A stretch of DNA of 64,000 nt from contig JAISKB010000005.1 of NCBI GenBank assembly GCA_031261085.1, positions 66,604 through 130,603 of the forward strand. Reading direction: 5' to 3'. The stretch comes from Christensenellaceae bacterium. GTDB lineage: Bacteria; Bacillota; Clostridia; Christensenellales; CAG-138. The notes under the pieces are model-generated. The model was given only the letters and a program-made list of their open reading frames with translations. It was not told the origin of the DNA and ran no database searches. This document shows positions 48,915-57,275 of this stretch, piece by piece. Both the position numbers and the translations under genes were made by a program. Numbering within the stretch: the stretch's first letter is position 1; each line of letters starts with the position of its first letter.

Positions 48915-50225
48915 TTAGTTGCTGCGTTCATCCAGCGTGATGGAAAGCTCCACGGTTTGGGTGCCGCGCAACACGCTTAGCGTTACCGTATCGCCCACCT
49001 TATATTCATACAGCAGCGCCGAAAGCTGCGCGCTGGCGGTTACCTCGGTATAGTTGAGCGCGGTGATGATGTCGTTTACCTGCACGCCGCCCTTTTGCGC
49101 CGCGCTGCCCGGCAGCACGTTGGTGACCTGCACGCGGCTTACATAATTGCTGCGATAAGAGGAAAAGGGGTTCACATTGCGCTCATGGTCGGTACGCAGC
49201 GCCACATCCTGCATGTTGATGCCTATAAAGGGGCGCCCCGTCACATAGCCCAGGTCGATCAAATCCGCAATGATGGGCTTTGCCGAATCCACCGGGATGG
49301 CGAAGCCTATGCCCTCCACCTCGATGCCATAGCTCTTTGCGTTTACAACGCCCAACAGCTCACCGCTTTCGTTGAACAGCCCGCCGCCGGAATTGCCGGG
49401 GTTCACCGCCGCATCCGTCTGCAATAAGGACATGCTGTGCCCCTCTACGGTGATGGTGCGGTTCAGCCCGCTTATGATGCCCTTGCTCACGCTGCTGGTC
49501 AGCACGCCCAGCGGGTTGCCTATCGCATATACGGTATCCCCCACGATGGCGCCGCCGGAATTGCCCAGCGTGGCGGCGGGCAGGCCGCTGGCCTTGATTT
49601 TGAGTATCGCCAGGTCGGAATAAGAATCGGCCCCCACGACCTTGGCGGGGTATTCGGTGCCATCCTGCAGGTAGACGCGCACGCTTTCCGCATTTTCTAT
49701 CACATGGTTGTTGGTGACGATATAGCCGCTGTCGGTGAGTATCACGCCGCTGCCGCTGCCGGTATCCGCCTGCGCGGTTTGGCCAAAGTAATCGGTCGTA
49801 TTGGCGCTGGTGTACACGCCCACAACGCTGGGCATACATTCCGCAATGGCGCCCGCCGCGTTTGCGGCTTCCGCCGCCACACCCAGCTTCAAGCGCTGCG
49901 ACGCGTTCTCCTCCGTACCATAATCCTCGATGTCATTGGGGATGCTGCCCGGCGTTGGGACATCCTCCACCGTAACGGAATCGCTCAAGGCGGGCTGTTC
50001 CACCGCCAATCGTTGGTTGGCCGCGTTTACAAAATAAGCGCTCAACCCGCCGCTTAGCAGGGCTACCACCAGCATCCCCGCTATAAACTGCACCCAGGTG
50101 AAGCCCCTGCGCTTTTTCGGGTATTCGCTCTCGTTATACGGTTCCGGGATGATATAGCCGCTTTGCGCGCTGTAGCTGCCGGTGGGAGAGGTTCCTTCCG
50201 CTTTCCAATCATCGTTATATTCCAT
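48915..50225 (-). CDS. htrA: HtrA/DegP-family serine protease with PDZ domain
   Basis: It has an N-terminal TM segment and the catalytic triad context (TNNHV, D..LLK-like DLAILKI, GNSGG). A C-terminal PDZ domain follows. Confidence 0.9.
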   Translation of the reverse strand: MEYNDDWKAEGTSPTGSYSAQSGYIIPEPYNESEYPKKRRGFTWVQFIAGMLVVALLSGGLSAYFVNAANQRLAVEQPALSDSVTVEDVPTPGSIPNDIEDYGTEENASQRLKLGVAAEAANAAGAIAECMPSVVGVYTSANTTDYFGQTAQADTGSGSGVILTDSGYIVTNNHVIENAESVRVYLQDGTEYPAKVVGADSYSDLAILKIKASGLPAATLGNSGGAIVGDTVYAIGNPLGVLTSSVSKGIISGLNRTITVEGHSMSLLQTDAAVNPGNSGGGLFNESGELLGVVNAKSYGIEVEGIGFAIPVDSAKPIIADLIDLGYVTGRPFIGINMQDVALRTDHERNVNPFSSYRSNYVSRVQVTNVLPGSAAQKGGVQVNDIITALNYTEVTASAQLSALLYEYKVGDTVTLSVLRGTQTVELSITLDERSN

Positions 50226-50424
50226 AAGTCCAGCCTGTCCTTTCTTGTGTTTACGGTATTATTATACGCCTTGATTTTGATGGAATTTTATCCGCATTGC
50301 GCCAGTATTATGTACAAACGTGATGGAATTGTGTCATCGTTTGACGAAGCGGGCGCGCGGGGCTATACTATCGTTGGATATGCGCAAAATACAGTTAACA
50401 TGACCTTGAAAGGAATATAAAACC

Positions 50425-51249
50425 ATGCCAGATTGTACAAACGATTGCAACGCCTGCCAAAGCGATTGCGCTTCCCGTCAGGGCGGCATCCCAAAGGAAC
50501 CTCTCCATGCGCTAAGCCATGTGGGCAAGGTGATAGGCGTGGTGAGCGGCAAGGGCGGCGTTGGTAAATCGCTGATAACCGGCTTGCTCGCCACCGCCCT
50601 GCAAACGCGCGGCAAACGTGCCGCCGTGTTGGATGCCGATATAACCGGCCCCTCCATCCCCAAGATATTCGGCGTAGACGCGAAGGCGCTGGGCACCGAA
50701 GACGACCTGCTGTTCCCCGCCCAAAGCCGGGGCGGCGTACAGCTCATGAGCATCAACCTGCTGCTGGAGCAGGAGACCGAGCCGGTGGTTTGGCGCGGCC
50801 CTGTGATTGCGGGCGTCGTAAAGCAGTTTTGGACGGAAGTTATTTGGGGGGATGTGGATTATATGTTTGTGGATATGCCGCCGGGTACCGGCGACGTGCC
50901 GCTCACGGTGTTCCAAAGCCTGCCTGTGGATGGCATCATCATCATCACCTCGCCGCAGAGCCTGGTATCCATGGTGGTGGAAAAGGCTGTGAACATGGCC
51001 GATAAAATGCAGATCCCCGTGCTGGGCATTGTGGAAAACATGTGTTACCTCCCCTGCCCGGATTGTGGCAAGCGAATCTATCCGTTTGGCGAAAGCCATG
51101 TGCACGAAATTGCCCTGCGGCATGGCCTGCCAGTGCTCGCGCAATTGCCGATTGACCCGCAGTTTGCCGCCCTGTGCGATGCGGGCGAAATCGACCGCGC
51201 GGACACCTCCCCTTTGCAGGGCGCGGTGGATAGGGTGTTGGGGGTATAG
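50425..51249 (+). CDS. mrp: Mrp/NBP35-family Fe-S cluster carrier ATPase
   Basis: It has a Cys-rich N-terminus, the deviant Walker A GKGGVGKS, and the CPxC motif (CPDCGK). Confidence 0.9.
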   Translation: MPDCTNDCNACQSDCASRQGGIPKEPLHALSHVGKVIGVVSGKGGVGKSLITGLLATALQTRGKRAAVLDADITGPSIPKIFGVDAKALGTEDDLLFPAQSRGGVQLMSINLLLEQETEPVVWRGPVIAGVVKQFWTEVIWGDVDYMFVDMPPGTGDVPLTVFQSLPVDGIIIITSPQSLVSMVVEKAVNMADKMQIPVLGIVENMCYLPCPDCGKRIYPFGESHVHEIALRHGLPVLAQLPIDPQFAALCDAGEIDRADTSPLQGAVDRVLGV

Positions 51250-51313
51250 CGGTTTTAAGAGGCGGTGGCCTTTTCCAGATGGAATGGCTGTTTAAGTTGA
51301 TTTGCAAAAAATC

Positions 51314-51340
51314 ACGACCACCCATTGGACGGGTGGTCGT
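51314..51340. terminator. Bidirectional terminator (ends the tRNA unit on the minus strand)
   Basis: ACGACCACCC-attggac-GGGTGGTCGT forms a 10-bp stem. The minus strand then reads GATTTTTTG. Confidence 0.6.
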
Positions 51341-51345
51341 AATTT

Positions 51346-51419
51346 TGGCTGCGGAACTAGGATTCGAACCTAGACAATACGAGTCAGAGTCGTAGGTGCT
51401 ACCGTTACACAATTCCGCA
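51346..51419 (-). tRNA. tRNA-Gln (anticodon CTG), CCA encoded
   Basis: The acceptor stem is TGCGGAA/TTCCGCA. The anticodon stem TACGA/TCGTA carries the loop CTCTGAC. The T-arm is CTAGGTTCGAATCCTAG. Confidence 0.9.
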
Positions 51420-51609
51420 ATGCGTGTTAAAACTTAATCCCAAGGTGCCGTCCGCCCTCGTTATAATGCCCGCCTCTTGGCAGGTGGGTGCGCTGTAGCT
51501 GCCTCTGCCTTACGTTCTTGCGAACCAGCATCCGCATAACCAACGTGCGCTCCCGGCATAATACTGTGGGTTTATAACCAAAGCGTAACGCACACCGTAG
51601 GATTAATAT
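51420..51609 (-). ncRNA. 190-nt structured spacer RNA between two tRNAs; 6S-RNA-like rod (tentative)
   Basis: The ends pair over an extended imperfect helix: UUAAUCC/GGAUUAA, GGUG/CACC, CGUU.CGCUUU/GAGGGCGGACG, GUUAUAA/UUAUAAC. An internal GUUC-GCAA-GAAC hairpin is present. There is no plausible CDS. Confidence 0.4.
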
Positions 51610-51686
51610 TGGTGGGATTAGTTGGGATCGAACCAACGACCTCTACGATGTCAACGTAGCGCTCTGACCTGCTGAGCTATAACCCC
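51610..51686 (-). tRNA. tRNA-Val (anticodon GAC), CCA encoded
   Basis: The acceptor stem is GGGGTTA/TAATCCC and the D-arm is AGCTCAGCAGGTCAGAGC. The anticodon loop is TTGACAT and the T-arm is GTTGGTTCGATCCCAAC. Confidence 0.9.
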
Positions 51687-51698
51687 GGTGCAAATAAT

Positions 51699-51726
51699 AT
51701 TATACATAAAATTTAGGATTTTGCAA
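51699..51726 (-). promoter_or_regulatory. Candidate promoter of the tRNA-Val / RNA / tRNA-Gln unit
   Basis: The minus strand reads TTGCAA, 16 nt, TATAAT, ending 12 nt upstream of the tRNA-Val 5' end. Confidence 0.5.
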
Positions 51727-51903
51727 GTGGTAAATTGCTTTATGCGGCGAAGCTGCCTAAAAGCAATGCCCAATTTGCGGCATTTTTGGTTTTAGCTGCC
51801 ATCCTAAGCGCATGCGCGGCCCACCGCGGCGGCAATTCCACTTTATGTTCAAAATATGCCGCGCGCATGGTATACTGATATTATATATTGCAAGGAGGTT
51901 CCT

Positions 51904-52449
51904 ATGTCCTTCTTTTCAGATGGCGTTACCCGCAGCAAGTTGACCGTGCTCTACTTTTTGCACAGGCTCGATGTGGAGCTCACGCGGGATCAGCTCTCTA
52001 CAGTGGGGATGCAATATAACCTCGCGCCTTATTTCGACCTGCAAAGCGCGGTATACGAGCTGGAGGAGGGCGGTTTCGTCGCCGCCGTGCCCCGCCCTTT
52101 TGGGCAGGGCTACCGCATTACGCCGCGCGGGCGCGAAGCGCTGGATATGTTTTTGGATCGTTTGCCGCTTTCGCTGCGCGAGGAGCTGGATGACAACGCC
52201 GATGCCTGCCGCGAGGAAATACGCCGTCAGACGCAATATTCCGCCGCTATCGAAAAGCTGCCCCAGGGCGGCTACCGCGTCACCTTCCGCACGCTGGAGC
52301 GCGATGCCGATATATTGACGCTGGCGCTGGTTTTCCCGGATGCGCACAGCGCCAACCATGCCGCCGGCGCCTGGGCCGCCCATACCGAGGAGATTTATCG
52401 CTACCTGTTGGACACGCTGCTGGGAGAGCATGTATCTACGGAAGAGTAA
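51904..52449 (+). CDS. DUF4364-like protein
   Basis: The N-terminus is of the KLTVLYFLHRLDVELTRDQL type, as in Clostridial DUF4364. The ATG lies 5 nt after AGGAGG. Confidence 0.6.
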   Translation: MSFFSDGVTRSKLTVLYFLHRLDVELTRDQLSTVGMQYNLAPYFDLQSAVYELEEGGFVAAVPRPFGQGYRITPRGREALDMFLDRLPLSLREELDDNADACREEIRRQTQYSAAIEKLPQGGYRVTFRTLERDADILTLALVFPDAHSANHAAGAWAAHTEEIYRYLLDTLLGEHVSTEE

Positions 52450-52470
52450 GGCCGATACAACCGCCCCTTT

Positions 52471-52497
52471 AACCCTCTCGATGGAGAGGGTTTTTTG
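52471..52497 (+). terminator. Rho-independent terminator
   Basis: AACCCTCTC-GATG-GAGAGGGTT is followed by TTTTT. Confidence 0.75.
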
Positions 52498-52556
52498 GTT
52501 TCGCGGGCTTTGCCAGTATCCCCACTTGCCTCCACAGCCCGGCATCCGCTAAGTAT

Positions 52557-52585
52557 TTGACAAGTATTCGTAAAGATTATATAAT
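52557..52585 (+). promoter_or_regulatory. Consensus sigma-A promoter
   Basis: TTGACA (52557..52562), exactly 17 nt, then TATAAT (52580..52585). Confidence 0.6.
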
Positions 52586-52747
52586 GATAAAGTAAATCCA
52601 AACTCATTTTTGTATAATCAATATATATTTTCTGATTAATGCAGGCGTTTTAATGTGCCTCAGATATGCCTAATTTTAAATTCATATATATTTCTTAGCA
52701 ATCATTCGCTAAGATTCTAAATATAACTTTTGAAAGGAGCTCCACTC

Positions 52748-52861
52748 ATGACCAGCCAAACCATTTCGACCATCGTATTGCTCGTTGTCCTGGCCGGCGT
52801 TTTTATAGCCGTCGCCATCCTCCGAAAAAAGAGCGCAACTACCAAAGAAGATGAAAAATGA
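52748..52861 (+). CDS. 37-aa hydrophobic peptide with charged tail (MTSQTISTIVLLVVLAGVFIAVAILRKKSATTKEDEK)
   Basis: This is my own translation; it is below the ORF-track cutoff. AAGGAG lies 8 nt upstream of the ATG. The peptide has a single TM helix followed by a Lys/Glu tail, and a terminator follows immediately. Confidence 0.45.
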   Translation: MTSQTISTIVLLVVLAGVFIAVAILRKKSATTKEDEK

Positions 52862-52875
52862 CCCGCCACCACCTA

Positions 52876-52905
52876 AAAAGCAGCCCATTTAGGCTGCTTT
52901 TGCTT
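52876..52905. terminator. Bidirectional terminator
   Basis: AAAAGCAGCC-cattta-GGCTGCTTTT has T-runs on both strands. It lies between the peptide gene and the convergent acyltransferase gene. Confidence 0.65.
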
Positions 52906-52986
52906 TATCCCTATGCGCCCCGCATCTGCGCGATGCTATCCTTGAGGTTTTGGCAGACCAAAATTTTTGATAGTTTTCTTTGGCCG

Positions 52987-54045
52987 TTACTGTTTCATGC
53001 CGAAGATCACACGGAAAAAGCCCACGCGCCGCGCGATTTCGTAGGTGAGTAGCGTGAGCGCAAAGCTGACCGCTATGATGGCTATCATCTGCAGCGGAAC
53101 GCTCGGCACAATTGCGAGCGCAAAGTATGCGGCGACGACAACCCACTGCTGATGGAAGAGATAGAGTGAAAACGAGGCTTTGGAGAGGTATGCGGTGGTG
53201 CTGTTCTCAAAATTCAGGTACTGCCCGGCCAACCCCAGCAGCGCCAGTATGACAGCCCACGCGATGAAGCTGTACAGTAGCTCGAGCGGCAAAATCGGCA
53301 ACGCGCCGCCAACAACCAGGTATACTGCGAGGCAGGCCGCAACGAGCGCGGTCAGCCACCAGCGCGACTTTATGAGCTTTTGAAGCACGATTTCATCCGA
53401 CAGCACAAGATACCCCAGCATAAAAAACGCAAAGTATTCCCCCACGCTTTTGCCGGAAATATCCAATATCATCTGCATAAGACACGGTATTAAGAACAGC
53501 GGCAGCAGCGCGAAGGTCGGAACGCGCGCAAAATTCAGCTTTTTTTGTGACTTCTGATACAAGCGCATAAGCGGCAGCCCGATAAGCGATATGACGAACA
53601 GATAGAGTATAAACCACAGGTGCGCGGGCGTGAAGCCGCCATTGTAGCCCGAGAGGTCGGTGGGTTTGGTGAAAAACAATATGTACTGCGCAAGGTAACC
53701 GCCGGTGTATCCGTTATGAAACCGCTCCTCGATATATGTTTGGAGCGGAACGAGCAGCAAGATTCCAAAGATAAGCGGCACGAGCAATCGAAGCACGCGT
53801 TCCTTTACGTATTCGGCGCAGGATCGTTTGTTGAGCGCATAGGCGGAGCTGATGCCCGCCAGCACGAACATCAGCGGCATAAGCCAGGGCCACATCGCTT
53901 GTATGATCCATGTCGTAGAGGTGACGGATGCTCCGTGGACGTAAAAGCTTTCGCCAAACGAGTTGAACACCATAAACGTGTGGTATGGGAACAACGCCAG
54001 CACACACAGCCAACGCAGATTGTCGATGTAATGTTTCCGACCCAT
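52987..54045 (-). CDS. Acyltransferase-3 family membrane protein
   Basis: It has the N-terminus HYIDNLRWLCVLALFPYH and ~10 TM segments. The ATG at 54045 follows GGGGGAGGA. Confidence 0.85.
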   Translation of the reverse strand: MGRKHYIDNLRWLCVLALFPYHTFMVFNSFGESFYVHGASVTSTTWIIQAMWPWLMPLMFVLAGISSAYALNKRSCAEYVKERVLRLLVPLIFGILLLVPLQTYIEERFHNGYTGGYLAQYILFFTKPTDLSGYNGGFTPAHLWFILYLFVISLIGLPLMRLYQKSQKKLNFARVPTFALLPLFLIPCLMQMILDISGKSVGEYFAFFMLGYLVLSDEIVLQKLIKSRWWLTALVAACLAVYLVVGGALPILPLELLYSFIAWAVILALLGLAGQYLNFENSTTAYLSKASFSLYLFHQQWVVVAAYFALAIVPSVPLQMIAIIAVSFALTLLTYEIARRVGFFRVIFGMKQ

Positions 54046-54164
54046 CGTGAGTCCTCCCCCGATATTCCACATTCTGCCCGTCTTGCCGTGTTAAATCAAC
54101 AAAAAATCAAACCCGCGCCGCGCAATATAGGCGATTGCACGCCGACCAATTCTTTTGTGTGCGG

Positions 54165-54788
54165 CTATATTTCCTTGTTGTCCTTGAGCGCTTTTGCAAG
54201 CTTGGCAACCTTTTCTCCAATGCGCCGACAGTTTGCCATGCCGGTCTCATCCTCCTGTGCACCCTGGGCGCCTTGATCCCGACTCCATACGCACGCGCCC
54301 GAATACACGCACAGCGAGCCGTTGGCCGGCGTGATGCCATGGGTGCTGAAAAAACCGTAAATGATATTATTGACGCATTCCTGCCCCCCGTTTCGTGTGC
54401 CGCCTACCGCTATAGCGCCGCCCACCTGCCTGGCAAAATAGTGCGGATTATCCTTCAGCACGCCATAAGTGCCCCGAAACCGCGACATAAATGCGCACAG
54501 CTGCGGCGTGATGCCCATGCCATAAACCGGCGAGCCAAATATGATTCCATCCGCCTCATGCACCAGCGGCAGCTGCTCCGTTGCGTCATCCGCCCACAGG
54601 GTGCAGGTAAGCTTGCCCTCGCGGACGCATTTATTGCAATGGATACAGGGCTGAATGGTTTTACCCTTAAGCGAAATGAACTGCGTTTCCACGCCGCCGG
54701 TAGCCTCCGCCGCCCGAAGCGCTTCCTGCACGGCATATGCCGTGGACTCCATGCGCGGGCTTCCCGATATCCCCAGTATTTTGATCAT
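54165..54788 (-). CDS. Iron-sulfur flavoprotein (Isf-like NADPH-dependent FMN reductase fold)
   Basis: It has the N-terminus ILGISGSPR and the compact 4Fe-4S motif CIHCNKCVREGKLTC (CX2CX2CX7C). The ATG at 54788 follows GGAGGG. Confidence 0.8.
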   Translation of the reverse strand: MIKILGISGSPRMESTAYAVQEALRAAEATGGVETQFISLKGKTIQPCIHCNKCVREGKLTCTLWADDATEQLPLVHEADGIIFGSPVYGMGITPQLCAFMSRFRGTYGVLKDNPHYFARQVGGAIAVGGTRNGGQECVNNIIYGFFSTHGITPANGSLCVYSGACVWSRDQGAQGAQEDETGMANCRRIGEKVAKLAKALKDNKEI

Positions 54789-54931
54789 GTTGTTCCCTCC
54801 ATAAGCAGAATATCCATCGTTCAAAGTTTTATAGTAACTATATTTCTTTATAGCATTTTAAGATGTATTTCCGCTTTTGTCAAACACGCTGCGTCAGCCT
54901 TTTAACCCACGCCAGTTCCCAAATCACGCTA

Positions 54932-54975
54932 TTGACAAAAGAAGAAGCCCCATATATTATGGTAGTATGTAATAC
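54932..54975 (+). promoter_or_regulatory. Candidate promoter plus GntR-type palindrome for the Fe-S/flavin dehydrogenase operon
   Basis: TTGACA, 17 nt, then TATTAT (54955..54960). The palindrome GTATgtaATAC (54965..54975) follows immediately downstream. It is of the GT..AC type bound by HutC/GntR regulators. Confidence 0.4.
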
Positions 54976-55094
54976 AAAATAATTATACACTATATATCTT
55001 GTTGACAGCAAATACAAAAAATCAAAATACCCGAGATAAGAAGTTGAAGCGGCTTATACAATTGAAAAAGTATGTAGAAAGGTCTATTCCTCGC

Positions 55095-55514
55095 ATGAGA
55101 AAGGTATTCATCGACTGTCCGCAAAACATTCCGTGTAATCCCTGCCAGTTTTGCTGCCCAACCTCCGCAATTACGATCGGCGAGGATATCACAAATCCGC
55201 CGCAGGTGAATTTGGAAAAGTGCATCGGCTGCGGCCGTTGCGTTGCCGCATGCCCTGGGCAAGCTTGTTTTTTGGTGGATACGGAATTTCATCCTGGCAT
55301 TGCGAGCGTTGATTTTCCATACGAATATTTACCGCTCCCCACGGCAGGTATGCGGGTGCAGGCGCAGGATAATTGCGGCGCCGTCCTTTGTACGGGTCTT
55401 GTGGTGGCTGTGGTTGCGGCAAAGGCCGGCGACCATACGCCGGTGGTTCGGCTTAGCGTACCCAGGGAGTTCGCTTATCAAGTCCGTTCCATAGCACACC
55501 TTCCCGCGGAGTAA
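55095..55514 (+). CDS. 4Fe-4S ferredoxin-domain protein (subunit 1 of cluster)
   Basis: It has CNPCQFCCP and CIGCGRCVAACP. A C-terminal ~80-aa domain has no family I recognise. The start is uncertain because the SD is weak. Confidence 0.65.
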   Translation: MRKVFIDCPQNIPCNPCQFCCPTSAITIGEDITNPPQVNLEKCIGCGRCVAACPGQACFLVDTEFHPGIASVDFPYEYLPLPTAGMRVQAQDNCGAVLCTGLVVAVVAAKAGDHTPVVRLSVPREFAYQVRSIAHLPAE

Positions 55515-55522
55515 AAAACAAT

Positions 55523-55837
55523 ATGCGCATTTATAAACACCCGATACTCGAAATAGCGGAAGCCAAGATCGTTACCGTTTATATGGATAGCCAGCCGATT
55601 ATCGCCCATGAAAACGATTCGATTGCCGCCGCGCTGATAGCGTCCGGCATATCGGTCTTTCGGCATACGCACAAAACAGGAGAGCCTCGCGGCGTGTTTT
55701 GCGGCATAGGCCAGTGCGCCGATTGTCTCGTTATCGTCAACGGGCAGCCCAACGTGCGCGCCTGTGTTACCCTGGTAAAGGAAGGCATGCAGATTCAATC
55801 ACAATCGGGATATGGACAAGTGGGTACACCGTTATGA
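55523..55837 (+). CDS. (2Fe-2S)-binding protein, HcnA / sarcosine-oxidase-alpha N-terminal type
   Basis: It has SIAAALIASG and CGIGQCADCLVIVNGQPNVRAC. Size is 104 aa. Confidence 0.8.
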   Translation: MRIYKHPILEIAEAKIVTVYMDSQPIIAHENDSIAAALIASGISVFRHTHKTGEPRGVFCGIGQCADCLVIVNGQPNVRACVTLVKEGMQIQSQSGYGQVGTPL

Positions 55838-56958
55838 AATGCGCGGATATCCTCGTAATCGGGGGCGGGCCGGGTGGTTTGGGCGCGGCTATTGAAGCGG
55901 CGAAAGCGGGAGCATCCGTTTTGCTGGTGGATGAAAACCCGCGTATGGGCGGGCAGTTGTATAAACAAATCCATAAATTCTTCGGATCACAAACGCACTA
56001 TGCCGGGCAGCGCGGGTTCGATATTGCCGACACGCTCATCGCGGAAGCGGCGCGCGCGGGCGTAGAGCTTTTGCCGCAAACACGCGCGCTCGGGTGCTTT
56101 GACGAGGGCCAGTTCGCCCTGCTGTCGCTGGCCAATCAGGATGCCACGCGGCTGCGAACCATGAAAGCGAGGCGCGTGATACTCGCAACGGGCGCAAAGG
56201 AAAACGCGGTGGCCTTCCCCGGCTGGACATTGCCCGGCGTTATGACCGCCGGCGCGGCACAGACGCTCGCCAACATATATGGTGTGCTGCCCGGCAAGCG
56301 CATTCTTATCCTTGGCTCCGGCAATGTCGGCCTGATTGTAGGCTACCAGCTTATGCAAGCGGGCGCGCAGGTGCTGGGCATAGTGGATGTACTGCCCAGC
56401 GTACATGGCTACGAAGTGCACGCAGCCAAGCTCCGCAGGGCCAACGTACCAATATATCTTGGCAGTACGGTAGTGGAGGCGCGCGGAGAAACGCGGGTAC
56501 AGCAGGTCATCATCGGGCAGGTGGATGCATGCTTCCAACCCATCGAAGGTACGCATCAAACGATTGAGTGCGATACGGTACTGCTGGCAGTCGGCTTATC
56601 ACCACGCACGGAAATCGCCGCGATGTTCGGCTGTGATATGACGTTTGAGCGCAGATTGGGCGGGTTGATGCCAATACACGATGAAACCATGTGTACAAGC
56701 AACCAAACCATATATGTTTGCGGTGATCTTGCGGGCGTAGAAGAAGCCTCCACCGCGCTGGATGAAGGCAGGCTCGCGGGTATTCACGCGGCTGCCGCTT
56801 GCGGATATGGCGATGAAGCTCGGCACGCGCGCGTAGCGGCGCTGCAAAGCAGCTTAAATACGCTGCGTTCCGGGATGCACGGTCAGCCGCGCAAAGAGGC
56901 GAAAAACGATATCCTGCAGCTCGCACATCGTAAAGGAATAGTAGGAGAAACGATATGA
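55834..56958 (+). CDS. NAD(P)/FAD-dependent pyridine-nucleotide-disulfide-type oxidoreductase (HcnB/OoxA/LhpF-like)
   Basis: It has two Rossmann motifs (VIGGGPGGLGAA; ILGSGNVGL). It forms an ATGA overlap with the preceding gene. Confidence 0.85.
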   Translation: MKCADILVIGGGPGGLGAAIEAAKAGASVLLVDENPRMGGQLYKQIHKFFGSQTHYAGQRGFDIADTLIAEAARAGVELLPQTRALGCFDEGQFALLSLANQDATRLRTMKARRVILATGAKENAVAFPGWTLPGVMTAGAAQTLANIYGVLPGKRILILGSGNVGLIVGYQLMQAGAQVLGIVDVLPSVHGYEVHAAKLRRANVPIYLGSTVVEARGETRVQQVIIGQVDACFQPIEGTHQTIECDTVLLAVGLSPRTEIAAMFGCDMTFERRLGGLMPIHDETMCTSNQTIYVCGDLAGVEEASTALDEGRLAGIHAAAACGYGDEARHARVAALQSSLNTLRSGMHGQPRKEAKNDILQLAHRKGIVGETI

Positions 56959-57275
56959 CACAACAAGAGCATACCGCCCCAATAACGGATCCAATCATTT
57001 GCCGCTGCGAAGAAATTCGCAAATCAGAAATTTTGCAGGCAATCGAAATGGGCTGCAGGAGTGTAACGGCAATTAAAAAATATACGCGCGCAGGCATGGG
57101 CGTATGTCAGGGTCGCACCTGTGCAAGGCTGATTGAGCAGATTCTGATTGCTTCGGGCATTTCGCCACAAGCCGCCGTCGCGCGGGATAAGGCGCGCTTC
57201 CCCATCGTACCCTGCCCCATCAGCGCGTTTAACGGGAGCGATAAGGAGGACCAAGTAGATGCGCCGTCAATTTGA
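56955..57275 (+). CDS. BFD-like (2Fe-2S)-binding protein
   Basis: The block ICRCEEI...AIKKYTRAGMGVCQGRTC has the BFD-type C.C...C..C pattern. It forms an ATGA overlap with the preceding gene. Confidence 0.8.
   Translation: MTQQEHTAPITDPIICRCEEIRKSEILQAIEMGCRSVTAIKKYTRAGMGVCQGRTCARLIEQILIASGISPQAAVARDKARFPIVPCPISAFNGSDKEDQVDAPSI

Noticed and set aside
51420-51609. The possibility that the 190-nt spacer RNA is SRP (4.5S/scRNA) RNA, because of the GNRA-type GCAA loop and an AAGGCAGA string.
   Set aside because: I could not find the conserved helix-8 motif (GGAAGCAGC opposite AGGUC..) or the symmetric-loop arrangement. The overall end-to-end rod fits 6S better. This is not excluded without a covariance-model search.
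51427-51636. A 69-aa ORF on the minus strand inside the tRNA spacer.
   Set aside because: It starts inside tRNA-Val, has no SD, and its product is Arg/Leu-rich nonsense. The region is better explained as structured RNA.
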